Below are positions 13,701-25,946 of a DNA stretch of 64,000 bases, one piece after another (position 1 is the stretch's first letter; each line of letters opens with the position of its first letter). Location: positions 19,716,001-19,780,000 of the forward strand of contig CM120641.1 in NCBI GenBank assembly GCA_051362555.1, written 5' to 3'. The notes beneath the pieces are model-generated. The model saw nothing but the letters and a program-made list of their open reading frames with translations, was not told where the DNA came from and made no database searches. The DNA is from Lingula anatina. Lineage: Eukaryota; Animalia; Brachiopoda. The translations under genes and the position numbers were made by a program.

Positions 13701-16700
13701 CAGTTCTGTAAGTTTCAAGTCAAAAGGTAAAATGGTTTTCCACTTATCGTGTTATCGGTGCTGCATATATGCTGAAAAAAGTGAAAAAACACTAAAATTC
13801 CCTAAAAGTGACCCGATCATGCTGATTTTCGAACTTGACCTGCGTATTATGAATATTCATCAGTTCTGTAAGTTTCAAGTCAAAAGGTAAAATGGTTTTC
13901 CACTTATCGTGTTATCGGTGCTGCATATATGCTGAAAAAAGTGAAAAAACAGCATAAATTCCCTAAAAGTGACCTGATCATGCTGATTTTCAAACTTGAT
14001 CTGCGTATTATGCATATTCATCAGTTCTGTAAGTTTCAAGTCAAAAGGTAAAATGGTTTTCCACTTATCGTGTTATCGGTGCTGCATATATGCTGAAAAA
14101 AGTGAAAAAACAGCATAAATTCCCTAAAAGTGACCCGATCATGCTGATTTTCGAACTTGACCTGCGTATTATGAATATTCATCAGTTCTGCAAGTTTCAA
14201 GTCAAAAGGTAAAATGGTTTTCCACTTATCGTGTTATCGGTAAAAGTGCACGGCGACGACGGCGACGACAGCGACGGCGACGACAGACGCAGATGGTGGC
14301 TATATGTACAGACACATCTGTGTCTGTACATAAAAAACACATGACACATACGTGTATAGAAAATGTGCAGGGGGATATACACACACTGGACAAAAGAAGT
14401 GTCACCCCTACTGAGCCAAAACTATGGGGGAGATAAATGACTGTGGAATGATATGCTCCTGGTATCATTTTATTAACATCAAATTTCACAAAAAATCACA
14501 AAATGAGAAGAAAATATACATTCTACCAAAATATGCAATTTCAAGTCCAAAATTAGTACTTAGTGGCATAGCCACGTGACCTAATAATAGGTGCCAGTCT
14601 ACGAAGCAAGGATTTGTATAATTGTCTGATGCGTTCAGGGCTTATGCTGGCCCAAGCATGAAACACTGAATATAACAGAGTTTCTCTGCTTGTTAGACGG
14701 GCATTTGTCCAAAGTTTTGACATGTCATTCCACACATTCTCTATTATGTTTGCATCTGAACTCTGGGCAAGCCACATCACCCTGCGAATGTCCTGTTGGT
14801 CAAACCAATCATCAACTGCTCTGGTCCTGTGACAAGGAACATTGTCATCCTGGTGAAAAAATGGATAATTCCTGTCACCGAGCATGTTAGTAATAGATGG
14901 TACCAGGCCTGACTCCAAAACATCGATATATTTCTAGTGATTCATGTTTTCATCAACCACTATCAATTCGCCCACGCCATGGATGCTGATGCAGCCCCAC
15001 ACCATGATGAATATGCTGCTCCGGGTTCGAAATTTAAGTACATGTGGTTTAAATGCTTTACCAGCAGTTCGCCAGCATTGTACCCGTCTGTCATCAGAGG
15101 TCAGACCAAAGCGACACTCATCAGAAAAAAAATATATAGGACCAATTGTCATGGACTGTCCAGTTCCAGATCCTGTTGGCCCTAGTTCACTCCACGTTGC
15201 CTGTTTTGTAACGATATAAGAGGTTTCAGTCTTGCTACCCTGCTGTACACTCTATGAGCATGTAACCGACGCCTAGCAATTTTCACAGACACATTCTTAT
15301 GTGTGAAATTGTTCCACTGTGTTGTCAACTGACAAGCAGTGTCGAACTTTGACAACCTGGACATCAAAATCAGTCATCGGTCTTCACGGCCAGTAGTTTT
15401 TCTTGGACGACCCATCAGAGACAATTTGTCTCTTGATCCAGTGTTTCTATACCGAGACCAGACCCTCTGCACGGTTCTGACTAAACAATTCAATTGTATC
15501 GATATACTGATATTGCTTATATTCCGCCTCCTCAGGTTAATAACTTGCACCTATAACCGTTAGATAATAACCTGTATTTTGCCATATTGGAGGAAGACAG
15601 GAATAACATTTGCTGTACATGTCCAAGACCAACAATACAATTCCATGGTATAGCAGTTTTATACTCATTAGTCACATTATAAGTAAACCAGGCATTATAA
15701 GTACCCAAGATCTGCCTACTTTTTTTGGTCTGAGTTAGGGGGTGACACTTCTTTTGTCCAGTGTGTGTACATGCACTGCATCAAAATCCTTTCATTTCAG
15801 GCAATGCCATATGTGATTTCTGGATGGGGCGGGAGTTGAACCCACGCATAGGGAGCTTTGACTGGAAATTCTTCTGTGAGCTGCGCCCTGGGCTGATTGG
15901 CTGGGTGGCCATAAACATGTGTTTCCTGGCAGAAGCTTATGGTAGTAAATCTGGATGGCCAAACTACCCACTTATCATGGTGTGTGGCTTCCAGCTTCTG
16001 TATGTTGCTGATGCACTCTGGAGTGAGGTAAGGTTGCACACAACTTTTTTTTTTTTTTTTTTTTTTTTTACATCTACATTTATTTTTTAACAGTCTGCAT
16101 AATTTGCACTCTGGAAAGTTGCATTTGAATTATGTCTTTTTTTAGACAGGAAACAGAACAGAGAATTGGCTCTGCTCACATTTATAGGCAACCAAATATC
16201 AAAATAACAATTGGATCTCTATCAACTTATCATCTGATGAATTAAGAATGATTGCTATTCCAAAGTTGTCTTGTCCGAATATACCTTGTGTTAACTTCAG
16301 TTTATTCCAATCCAGAATTGTCCTGTCTGAACACACCTCTAGTGTTATATATGTTAACTGTAATTTCAGGAAGCTATTCTCACCACCATGGACATTATCC
16401 ATGAAGGCTTTGGGTTCATGCTTTGCTTTGGTGACTTGGCATGGGTGCCCTTCCTGTACAGTCTTCAGCCACGATTCCTACTGGAGCACCCACAGTCACT
16501 GCCATGGTGGGCTTTGTCTGCTGTAGCACTGCTCAACAGTAGGTCATCTGTGTTGTTACACAGTGGTTTATGTGATTGTAATACACTAGTCATCATGAAG
16601 AAATTTTCTGTGACATATTTGATGAATCTTGGTGGCTATTCACTACCACAGCATCCATCCAATTGCATTTAGTATGTTGCCACTTTTAAGCAATTTTCAT

Positions 16701-18097
16701 GTGATGTTGGAATAATTTATATTGTCGCTGTAAACACTCAAAAATGAAAGCGTATCGTTGAAAATCATGTGGGCAAAATTTGGGCACAAAATACTCCATG
16801 AAAACACTTTGATTGTTAATTCAGTATTGTTTGCTTAAACCTAAATATCAGCTTCATCTTGATATGTGCACGTTCAAAGTAAAATGTTTCAACTGAATAT
16901 CAGTTTTTTTTTTCAATATTAAGTAGAGCGAAATTCTCAACAGTTAAAGTTTTATACCATTTCAAACATGGATTTAGAAACTGTGATAAGTTGAGCAATC
17001 TTTTCAGTGATTGGTTTCTTAATCTTCCGTGGATCCAACTCTCAGAAGAACATGTTCAGGAAAAATCCTTATGATCCTGCATTAGCTCGTAAGTAAAATC
17101 TATGTTCTGGAAATGTGTTATGAACAATGTCTAATAATTGAGTTGCAGTAATCACTAAAATCATAATGGAAAATGATATGATTTTGAAATTGGATTGGTA
17201 AGCATTTTGAAGCGCACAACACAGGCTGAAAGCAAGTTTTGTTTTTGCATGCACTCTTTATAAATTTGATGAAATACTTTTATCTTGCGAAAATAAAAGA
17301 GATGTTTTAGAATGCACAGAATATATCAGAAGACAATGAAAAGCAAAGGATTCTTTTCAGTCTGAGGAAAAGTGCAATGTTTATAAACAGCATGAAATAC
17401 TGACAAAAGAGTTTTGTTTTATTCCACATAGATCTGGAGAGTATGCCGACCAATGTGCCAGGCAAGAGACTGTTGGTGTCAGGATGGTGGGGGCTGTGTC
17501 GACATCCTAACTACCTTGGGGACCTGATTATGGGTCTGGCCTGGTCTCTGCCTTGTGGTAAGTTAAAAATAGCATTTCTAAGCCCTCCGTTGCATTGTGT
17601 TAAGGGATTATACCTCATAAACAGTTTCAAGTATTAATTTCAACTTATAATTTTAAAAAGTTTACTTTTAATTTCTTGTAATATTTTTAACACATTCCTG
17701 ACATGTTTACTTAAAGAGTTTGTGACAGAAATTGATTTGTAATTTATATATCTTATACATTAACTGAATTAAATATAATATTATTTTTTTATTGTTTTAA
17801 TAAGCTTTTTGTCAGACTTTTTGTTTCAACAACAGCCAAGTTTTTAATGCATTAGCATAAGATTAATAAGATAATACGCAATATCAAAAGGTCGGAATGT
17901 AAGTTTGTCATATACATTTACGTTTCTTAATTTCAGGATTTTCCTCTCTGTTACCATACTTCTATCCCATTTATTTCTTCATCTTGCTGGTGCACAGAGC
18001 GATGCGTGATGATGCCATGTGCAGGAAAAAATATGGCGCTCACTGGGACCATTACTGTGAACGCGTCAAATATGTTATCATACCATATGTTTACTAA
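7793..18097 (+). CDS. Delta(14)-sterol reductase (LBR/TM7SF2 family), module B with intact catalytic motifs; start exon uncertain
   Basis: Exons 7793-7999, 8384-8567, 8948-9142, 15801-16027, 16370-16538, 17008-17088, 17432-17557, 17937-18097 (1350 nt, in frame). Motifs [81 protein letters not shown] and [10 protein letters not shown]. Confidence 0.93.
9197..9467. mobile_element. MITE with CA(G/A)TGGyGGAT-type TIRs and a 5-bp TSD (hAT5-like)
   Basis: Ends caatggtggatc ... gatccaccagtg, flanked by catta on both sides. Confidence 0.7.
9671..14336 (+). mobile_element. Large non-autonomous Helentron-type element carrying internal satellite arrays (intron of module B)
   Basis: 5' subterminal atgtacagaca (~9695) matches the arm of the 3' palindrome tatgtacagacacatctgtgtctgtacata (14303-14332). 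(CGA/CGG)n microsatellite at 14250-14285, internal tandem blocks, no credible ORF. An inverted copy lies at 18651-20890. Confidence 0.75.
13460..14240 (+). repeat. ~161-bp tandem satellite (about 5 units) inside the Helentron-type element
   Basis: tgaaaaaacagcataaattccctaaaagtgacc recurs at 13621, 13782, 13942 and 14103. Variant units occur at ~13460 and ~12030-12350. Confidence 0.9.
14380..15767 (-). mobile_element. Tc1-family (DD34E) transposon, full-length ends, transposase disrupted
   Basis: TIRs cacacactggacaaaagaagtgtcacccc at both ends, with TA TSDs at 14378-79 and 15768-69. Minus-strand fragments [25 protein letters not shown] and HQDDNVPCH...[11 protein letters not shown] (34 residues between D and E) are broken by stops and frameshifts. 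Confidence 0.93.
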
Positions 18098-18314
18098 AAC
18101 AAAAATTTGGATCTGAATATGCTGTAAAAAGGAAGCGACAGTGGAGCATAATCCTACAGAGATAAATTTTAAGTTTCAGAAATGATAATAATATATATTA
18201 AGTGTGACATCATTTTTAATTCTTTTAATTTGAATTAATTATTATTATTATTTTTCCTCAATGTAAGGTGGACATAAAGAAATAAGCTGTGCACATCCCA
18301 TTAGTATTTGAATT

Positions 18315-18483
18315 TAAAATGCGATGCCCGTACAGTGCATGTATACTGCCCGTAATACCCTTTTCGTATGGCATCTGGGCGGAGGTAGACGGTGGCCGTG
18401 TGAAATCGCACAAAATCGTACGGATTTCAGGCCATCTAATGTAGACGTACTGGGCGGTGCCCATGTAAATGTAATCTAGGCTT
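18315..18483. mobile_element. Truncated copy of the MITE at 21961-22195
   Basis: aaatgcgatgcccg...tgtaaatgtaatctaggct is shared with 21978-22195. The left TIR is missing. Confidence 0.75.
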
Positions 18484-18650
18484 TAAAGAGACACTTCATA
18501 AGATTTTAGACCAAAATCACTTAGACAATTTTCAGTGTTTCCACATTTTTGCAGTAGTTACCAACTATCGTTAGCATCAAATTTTTAAAATTATAACATA
18601 AGAACATAGTATTCCACACCTTGTCCTAGAACAGTAGATGTATGTCTGTT

Positions 18651-19918
18651 GTTTTTATGTACAGACACAGATGTGTCTGTACATATTGCCATCACCTGCG
18701 TCTGTCGTCGCCGTCGCCGTCGCCGATCATGTCGCCGTCGCCGTGCACTTTCAGCGTTAACACCATAAGTGGAAGACAGTTTTACTTTTTGGTTTTATAT
18801 TAACAGAGCTGACTAATATTCATAAAACGCAGGTCAAGTTCGAAAATCAGCATGATCGGGCCATTATTGAAGAATTTATGCTGTTTTTTCACTTTTTAGC
18901 ATATATGCAACACTGTTAACACATTTCAAGGAAAACCGATAGGCCTGTTGTCATGAAACTCACAGGAATAATCAATCTTACTAAAACACAGATCAAGTTC
19001 GAAAATCGGCATGATCGGGCCACTATTTTAGTAGTTATGCTGTTTTTTCACTTTTCAGCATATATGCAACACTGTTAACACATTTCAAGGAAAACCGATA
19101 GACCTGTTGTCATGAAACTCACAGGAGTAATCAGTCTTACTAAAATGCAGGTCAAGTTCGAAAATCAGCATAATCGGGCCATTATTTTATAAGTTATGCT
19201 GTTTTTTCACATTTCCTCAGATTCAATTCTTAGGCATGTTAACAGTCTCATTATTTAACTAATAAGATTCGTAAAAGTGTTTGTTTGACATTTCCTGCAT
19301 CTTTACAACATTGTTAGTTGATTATGTAAAAATGATGGTAAACTTGTCATCATGTATTGTAAAATAGAGTTTCAAAAATGGAAAAAAAACTCATATCATT
19401 GCAGTTTGTCAGATTCATTCATTCACTATGTTCAGAAACTCAGAATGGAGGAAATTGGACATTAAACACTGTTCTATTGATATTTTTCCCATCTCATCAA
19501 TTTTCTAAGTTGATCATATAAAAATGGCAGTAAATTGTTAATTTTGTTATATGTTAAAAAATTGTTAAAAATGAAAAAAAAACATTTCAGGACAGTGCTG
19601 TCTTGTCTACATTTTGGCATTTTGAAGGTATGACTTTGAAGTTCCTTGGGTCTGAAGACCTTTGCTAGGCACATTTTCTGAATATCCATGATACTAATAT
19701 TTTATTATTAAAAATTGATGGTTATTATCCTGTTAAACATTATGTAATATTGCATCAAAATTTGAAGAAACCCCTATTTTTGGCACTGCTCCCATGATGA
19801 CCATTTAAGGAAAACCTGTCATTACTGTTCTCAAACTTACAGGATAGAAACATGGGACATGAATAAAGCTTCAGTGGCCAATGCAGTCTGTTTGGTAAAT
19901 TTTTCTGGCAGTTAAACT

Positions 19919-19973
<55 letters not shown>

Positions 19974-20890
19974 TGAAAATTTAATTTTTATCTATTGGCA
20001 TTTTCAAGGTGTGACTTAAGAACCTCCACAAGCTTGAAGACCCATGCTAATCATATTTTCTGAAAATCCATGATACAGATCTTTAATATTAAAAACTGAG
20101 GGTCATTCTGCTGTTAAGCATTATGTAATATTGCATTAAAATAGGAGAAAACACAATTTGGGGTGCTGCTGCCATGATGACCATTATGGGAAAACCATGT
20201 TACTTATGATTGTCAAACTTTCAAAAAAGAAACTAAAGACTAAATTCAGCCTGAGTTGGAAAAGCAGTCTAATTGGCTTCTTTTTCTGGAAGTTATACAT
20301 TTTAGTAAAATATTCACTTTTATCATGTTGGCATATTTATTGTGGGACTCGAAGCTCCCATGGCCATAAAGCCAAATGGTAATCAAATTTTCTACATGCC
20401 CATGCTATTTATAGTCAATAATCAAAAATTGGTGATAATTATTCTGTAATTTATTATGTAATGTTACATCAAAATTGACAAAAATCTTTTTGCACTGCTA
20501 CTGCAAACATTATGAAAAGAGACTGTATTACTTATTATTATTTTCAACTTACAAGTATGATTTGTAGGATTGGCATGCAGTTCAAATAAGAAAGCCAGCT
20601 CAAATGGGTTATCATTTATTATTGAATTTAAGCAGTTTTATGTGAAATTTTCATTTTTCTCATTCTGGCATTTTCAAAGTGTGAACTTAAACTTCCATGG
20701 GCCTGAAGCCTTACGCTTGTTACACATTTCACTTACATTGGTATTACCTGTTGAGCATAATTAAAATTTGATGTTGAATTTGCAGTTAAGCATAATGTAC
20801 TTTTGCATCAGAATTGACAGTAGCCTATTTTGTGCATTGTTATTGTCTGCTTTTTGTCTGTACATTTGACAGCTTTGCTGCCTTGTTTTT
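18651..20890 (-). mobile_element. Second, shorter copy of the Helentron-type satellite-carrying element, inverted
   Basis: Reverse complement of 9671-14336: palindrome at 18656-18685, (GTC/GCC)n tract, satellite units at 18780-19210, and end ttttgtctgtacatttgacagctttgctgccttgttttt. Confidence 0.85.
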
Positions 20891-21960
20891 TTTAAGTTGT
20901 TGTATTTGTTATTTGTCTTGATAACTAATATACTTACAGAATGAAGACAGTGATATTCAAACAGCATTAGGAAAATAACATGGAGAGTGACCTCCAAGTT
21001 ACTTAAAGATTACAAGCATGTAGCCACCAATTTCAAACAGGGGTTCTTTTTCTCAAAAAAAAAAAAAAAAGCAAAAAGTGAACTTTTTTACCCTCCCCCC
21101 CTCCCCCGATGACTCAACTTCAGTAAAAAAAAACACTGCCTACAGTCTTCAATAACATTCTTCAAAGTTGTTCATAAGTCTAATCATTCAAAACTCGAAC
21201 ACAAGTACAGTATAAGTGTATGTATGTGACTACAGATCATCAAAGTTTCAACATGAAATACATAGCTGAAATGCAGTCAACAATTTCTGTATTCCGCACA
21301 CAAAATAGTTAATATATTTGAAAGTTAGTAACTGAAACGTTAGGAACATGGGGACACTCTGTATAGTATATTTTTCACTTTATGAGAAATAAGACGTTTT
21401 TGTGTAGACTATTTATATTTCATAAGTTTGATTAATCTTCAAGAATTATATACCAATTTTATTGTACATTTTGTGTACCATTAAAACTTTGCTTTGTAAA
21501 TATGTGCTATATCATTTTTTTAAACTTCCAATAAACAGTTTAAGTGTAGTAACTTTTTTGAAAAGCATACTGTTACCAATCGTCTAAAAGGTTGATGTGT
21601 TGCAAACCATTTTCAAAAATGTTTTGTAAATTGATCCATAATGAATTTGTTTCTTGTTCAGCCATGTATCATGGATGTCATTTTCGAATAAAAGCCTTTC
21701 TTAAAGATGAAGATATTGAAAGTTAAATATGGATAACTTATAAGGAACACCATTTGCATTAAGAGAAACAATGTCATTTTACATGTGGAGTAAAATCAAA
21801 AGCATAAAAGAAGGTGTGTTCATGGCTGTACATATTTTTCTTAGCACCCAAAACGGAGAGCGTCTCTACCACACTTCCTACTGTACGACCCATACGGAGC
21901 GCAGCATTTTTATTGAGATAAACAAGGTGAAGAAAGGTTTAAGGTGTCCAGCACTGTAAA

Positions 21961-22195
21961 AGCCTAGATTACATTTGAAATGCGATGCCCGGTGCATGCA
22001 TACTGCCCGTAATACCCTTTTCGTACGGCGTCTGAGCGGAGGTAGACAGTGGTCGTGCGAAATCGCATGGAATCGTACGGATTTAAGGCCATGTAATGTA
22101 GACATACTCGGCGTAGCCTGTAGCTCCTTACAATTTCAAAAAAAATCGTACGGACAATTTCATCGCACGGCGCCCGTGTAAATGTAATCTAGGCT
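21961..22195. mobile_element. MITE (PIF/Harbinger-like)
   Basis: Perfect 16-bp TIR agcctagattacattt / aaatgtaatctaggct. Flanks are aaa and taa. Confidence 0.75.
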
Positions 22196-22688
22196 TAAAG
22201 CTAGCAATTCTGTGTAAAAAAATGAAATGTTTGATTTTATATCAAAAATACACGGTCTTGTGCAGAATCAAAATAAAGGCAAATTACTCTCCAATATGTT
22301 TATACGTTAAATTCTTTTTGAATTAATAATCTTTTTTTAAAACTGAGTCTTAAATTTCTGTGTAAAGACAAACACCCAAGGGACGACAGAATTATTCTGA
22401 AGAAGTAATTTACGGTTAAAATTGCCTTAACACAAAGACCATGACACATTAGCTCTGGCTTATTACGTTTAAAAGTCATTCTTATATAATGCGAATAGAA
22501 CATATCAAGCACATGTGTTCTTGATTTTAGACCATTACATTGATGCAATCAGTCTTCTACTCTGGTGTGCACTTTATAACCCCCACACCCCTTTCCCTTC
22601 CCTTCAACCCCGTTGCCCTGCCCTAGTCTAATGAATAGACTGGTGTTGAAAACTTGCTTGGAGCCAACGTGAAACGGACCATCCTCAT

Positions 22689-22828
22689 AACCCTATCCTA
22701 CTATAGATCTATCTCCGAGGGGATTCTCGCTAAATCACATTCAGTTAAAACGTGCACGAAAGTTATTGCAATTTAGCGAGAATCCCTTCGAAGTTTGATC
22801 GATCCTTCTAGTAAGTTAGGATATGGGC
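22689..22828. repeat. Degenerate palindromic element (small MITE)
   Basis: Inverted arms cgaggggattctcgctaaat (~22716) / atttagcgagaatcccttcg (~22790), with outer ccctatccta / taggatatggg. Confidence 0.55.
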
Positions 22829-22905
22829 ACCCTGTCTTAGCTGTAAATTGTAAAAGTTACTGGTGTTTTTCTACGAGTGATTATCAACATGAGAACGGAG
22901 TTAAA

Positions 22906-23130
22906 GGGTGCTTTCCCAGAGATTTAGATCGATCTAAGGATTAAGTTTTAGATCGACCTAACTCCCTGGGGGTTCAGGCTAAATTGCAGTCAGCCGAGCG
23001 GACACCATAGTTAATTACCACCTTACAGCTTTTAGTAGGCGGGACAGACGCTTAAGCCGGCCAAGCTGACAGTAATCTAGTGAGACTCCCCACAGGGATA
23101 GATCGATCTAAAAATCTATGGAAATGGGGT
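22906..23130. mobile_element. MITE, same family as 24450-24664
   Basis: Shared core ttagatcgacctaactccctgggggttca...ctgacagtaatctagtgagactcccc...gatagatcgatctaaaa. Confidence 0.7.
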
Positions 23131-24057
23131 GAAACTCTCCTATAGAGTAATTCCATATTAAGACCAGCCAAACTGGCACGATACAGAAAACTGTACCGCT
23201 CGAGGTGAAAAGGGCCAAGGTCAATAAAACTAACGAACTGCAGTATATTTCTTCTTAAATCACCTATAACATGAATACGTTCTAAGGGTAGGAAGGTGTA
23301 AATATGTTGGGTGCGAGAGATCAAAGACCAAAATACATTAAATGAGTCCGAGATACATCCACTATTCTCAAATAATAAATCATTAATCTTCATTTTCTTG
23401 TCAAGTTTGCCCTGGTGGATGTAAGTAGTTTAAAATTCATTTGTTTGAGGAGATCTTATTTCCATTTTAAATTCCTCTACTATAGAATTCAAAATGAGGG
23501 TAAATTTGATAACATTACCGTGTTTTTAATTTGAAATGTTACCGGGGATCAAATAACAAGTATGTTACATTTAACCTATTAATGTATAACTTTATCTGTA
23601 TTCTCATTGCCTGTTTTAATTTTTGAACTTGATAGTGTAATCCCTAATAAGAGCCAAGTAGTAGAAAGTTGTCAATTCCACCAGAACAATGCGCTGTTTT
23701 TCCTGTTTTCTTTTCCTTTTATTCGAAACAAAAAAAAACTCGTTATATTTTTATTTTGCTTTCTTTGTGCTCGGATTCAATAAATGCTGGCTTTAAGTCA
23801 TTTTATAATAACCTGCGTTTCAGGTAATTTTGGAAACTCACCTCATTTCCAGTATCGGCGGAGGCTTGCTAAAACTAGAGAGGCGTCTTTCGACTGTCCT
23901 CTGAAACTCAGGGTGATACAAATGTATGAAAGAAGAAGTTAAAGTAAAGTAAATGCAAACATTGACTTGATGCCAGTATTGTTGAGGGTACTGTGTTGAA
24001 ATTGGTAATCACAAAGCCACCTCAGTGTTATCATTTCATTACCGAAGAGTCGGTTAA

Positions 24058-24923
24058 GGCTATTGTAAGCCTTTATTAGCATCTCGATACCAATAATGAT
24101 GTTTTTCCTGCATCTTATTATTCAATAATACATCTATCTATTTGCTGATTTAAAACAATAAAAAACCCTCGAAATATAAAATATCAGCGTTTATATATCT
24201 CGTTGCAATGTAAAAGCATGGGCAGCTCAAATATTTAATCGTCAGTTGAACACCCTTCCATTTTGCGGTGAGATAGCAATCGGTATGGGGCGTAACTTCA
24301 TCCCTGAACAAGATTTCATCACGAACATGGGCAGACTTGACCACGAAAGTATGGGGTACAATCCCGTTCCGTCATTTTTTTAATGGATTTATGAGCAGTT
24401 TTTTCATTGAACAAAGGCGTTATTTTGCCTTTTGAACGATACCACCTAACACCCCATTCTCATAGATTAGATCGACCTACATTGGATCGACCTAACTCCC
24501 TGGGGGTTCACGCTAAATAACTGTCAGCCGGGCGGACACGAAAGTTAATTACCCCTTAAAGCTTGTAGTAGGCGGGGACGGAAACTTAAGGGGGATTATC
24601 TGACAGTAATCTAGTGAGACTCCCCGCGGTGATAGATCGATCTAAAAGTTGTGAGAACAGAGCCTAAGACTTTAAAGAAAATCGCTGGCAGAGTTTTGCA
24701 GTACTAAATGATGTCATTAAATCGGCGTTGAAACGGTGATCGTGGGTGCTCAGGTAAAGGAGAAATTTAAGAAACCGATTTTCCCGTTTTTACCTCAAAA
24801 TCGCAATTATGACGTCACCCATAAGATAATATGTGTAAATGTTAATTAATTTAGTCTCTGAACACTGACAATTTATCTGTTACCCCAAAAATGTATGTGA
24901 GGCAGTAAAGGGTAACAATATCC
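24058..24923. mobile_element. Non-autonomous TTAA-target DNA transposon (Kolobok/piggyBac-like) with a nested MITE
   Basis: ttaa|ggctattgtaagcc ... gggtaacaatatcc|ttaa. Inverted homologue of 40514-41208. Confidence 0.75.
24450..24664. mobile_element. Nested MITE with TAA TSD (PIF/Harbinger-like)
   Basis: taa at 24447-49 and 24665-67. Absent from the sister host element at 40514-41208. Confidence 0.75.
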
Positions 24924-25946
24924 TTAAAGTCGTGGTTTGTTACGAAAAAAAAAAAACGACTGGGAAGTCTCTGACCTTAGTGTACAGGTCTCCCTCCAAA
25001 GTTGTAAGCAAGGGAAACCTTGTTTCTAGGTCTACCTTGAGAAAGTTATAAATATAACTTCTGGGGCTTTGAAAATAAAATGGCTTGATGATTTTAGACC
25101 TATTGAAAAATAACATTAATGCTGCGTTATGAAAATATTATTCTGAACTTGTTTTTATTCTAAGCATCACGTGTTTTTTTATTTACTTTTCCGTGTTTTT
25201 GCAATAACAGAACTGAATGTTTTAGACATTGCATTTTAACTTAAGAACAAAACTAACAATGCGAACAAGGTTTGTGTTTCATTACTTCATTTTCAGAGAT
25301 AAATGATATTCAATATTTATGTATACATAAATATCTTAAATTTGAATGGTATTAGGGAGCAAGGACAAGGTTATCTTGTGCATAACTAAAATTTCAACAA
25401 AGAGGCAGGTGGCAAAGTATGATATCCAAAAACAAGATATATTGAACTTATACTTCTGCAAACGACCCCCACCATGAAACTGTATGAGGACAATGACACT
25501 CTTTATTCTGGTAATTGGCTACAGATAAAATTACATATAAAGGACTTCGATTTACTTTTTAAATATATATCCGTGGGACCCATTGGTTCATAGCAGATTG
25601 AGTTGTTTGACCCTACTAAGAATAAAAGGTAACTTCTATTGATGCGATTAATTTTAAGATCAAGCGTCTAGTACACAAACCAGGCTTATTGCCGAGGAAA
25701 CAGAGATTGTAAACGTTGATCATAATAAAGTTATATGTTCACTATTTATTGTGGATAATTGGGTAGACACAACATAATGAAGAAAAAAAAGATCCCAAAG
25801 TGCAATTTTTCACAACAATATTTAAACGAAACAGGTGAATAGCCTGCTTTACCATGCTTGACGTACAAATCAGGATTCTTTTTAAAATGCGCATTTCTTA
25901 TTTTTCTCAGTGAGGACCGAGGTAGCTCGCCGCAGCTGCATGTCCG

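Noticed and set aside
13460-14240. Regular repeats that might suggest a CRISPR array
   Set aside because: Head-to-tail ~161-bp units with no unique spacers, no cas genes, and a location in a eukaryotic intron.
19918-19972. Long poly-T run (also poly-A at ~12745, poly-G at ~48622 and ~60753)
   Set aside because: Simple homopolymers, mostly inside repeats. Their lengths may be sequencing artefacts and I saw no retrocopy attached.
23052-23393. 113-aa minus-strand ORF
   Set aside because: Runs into a MITE and has no recognisable domain or splice support.
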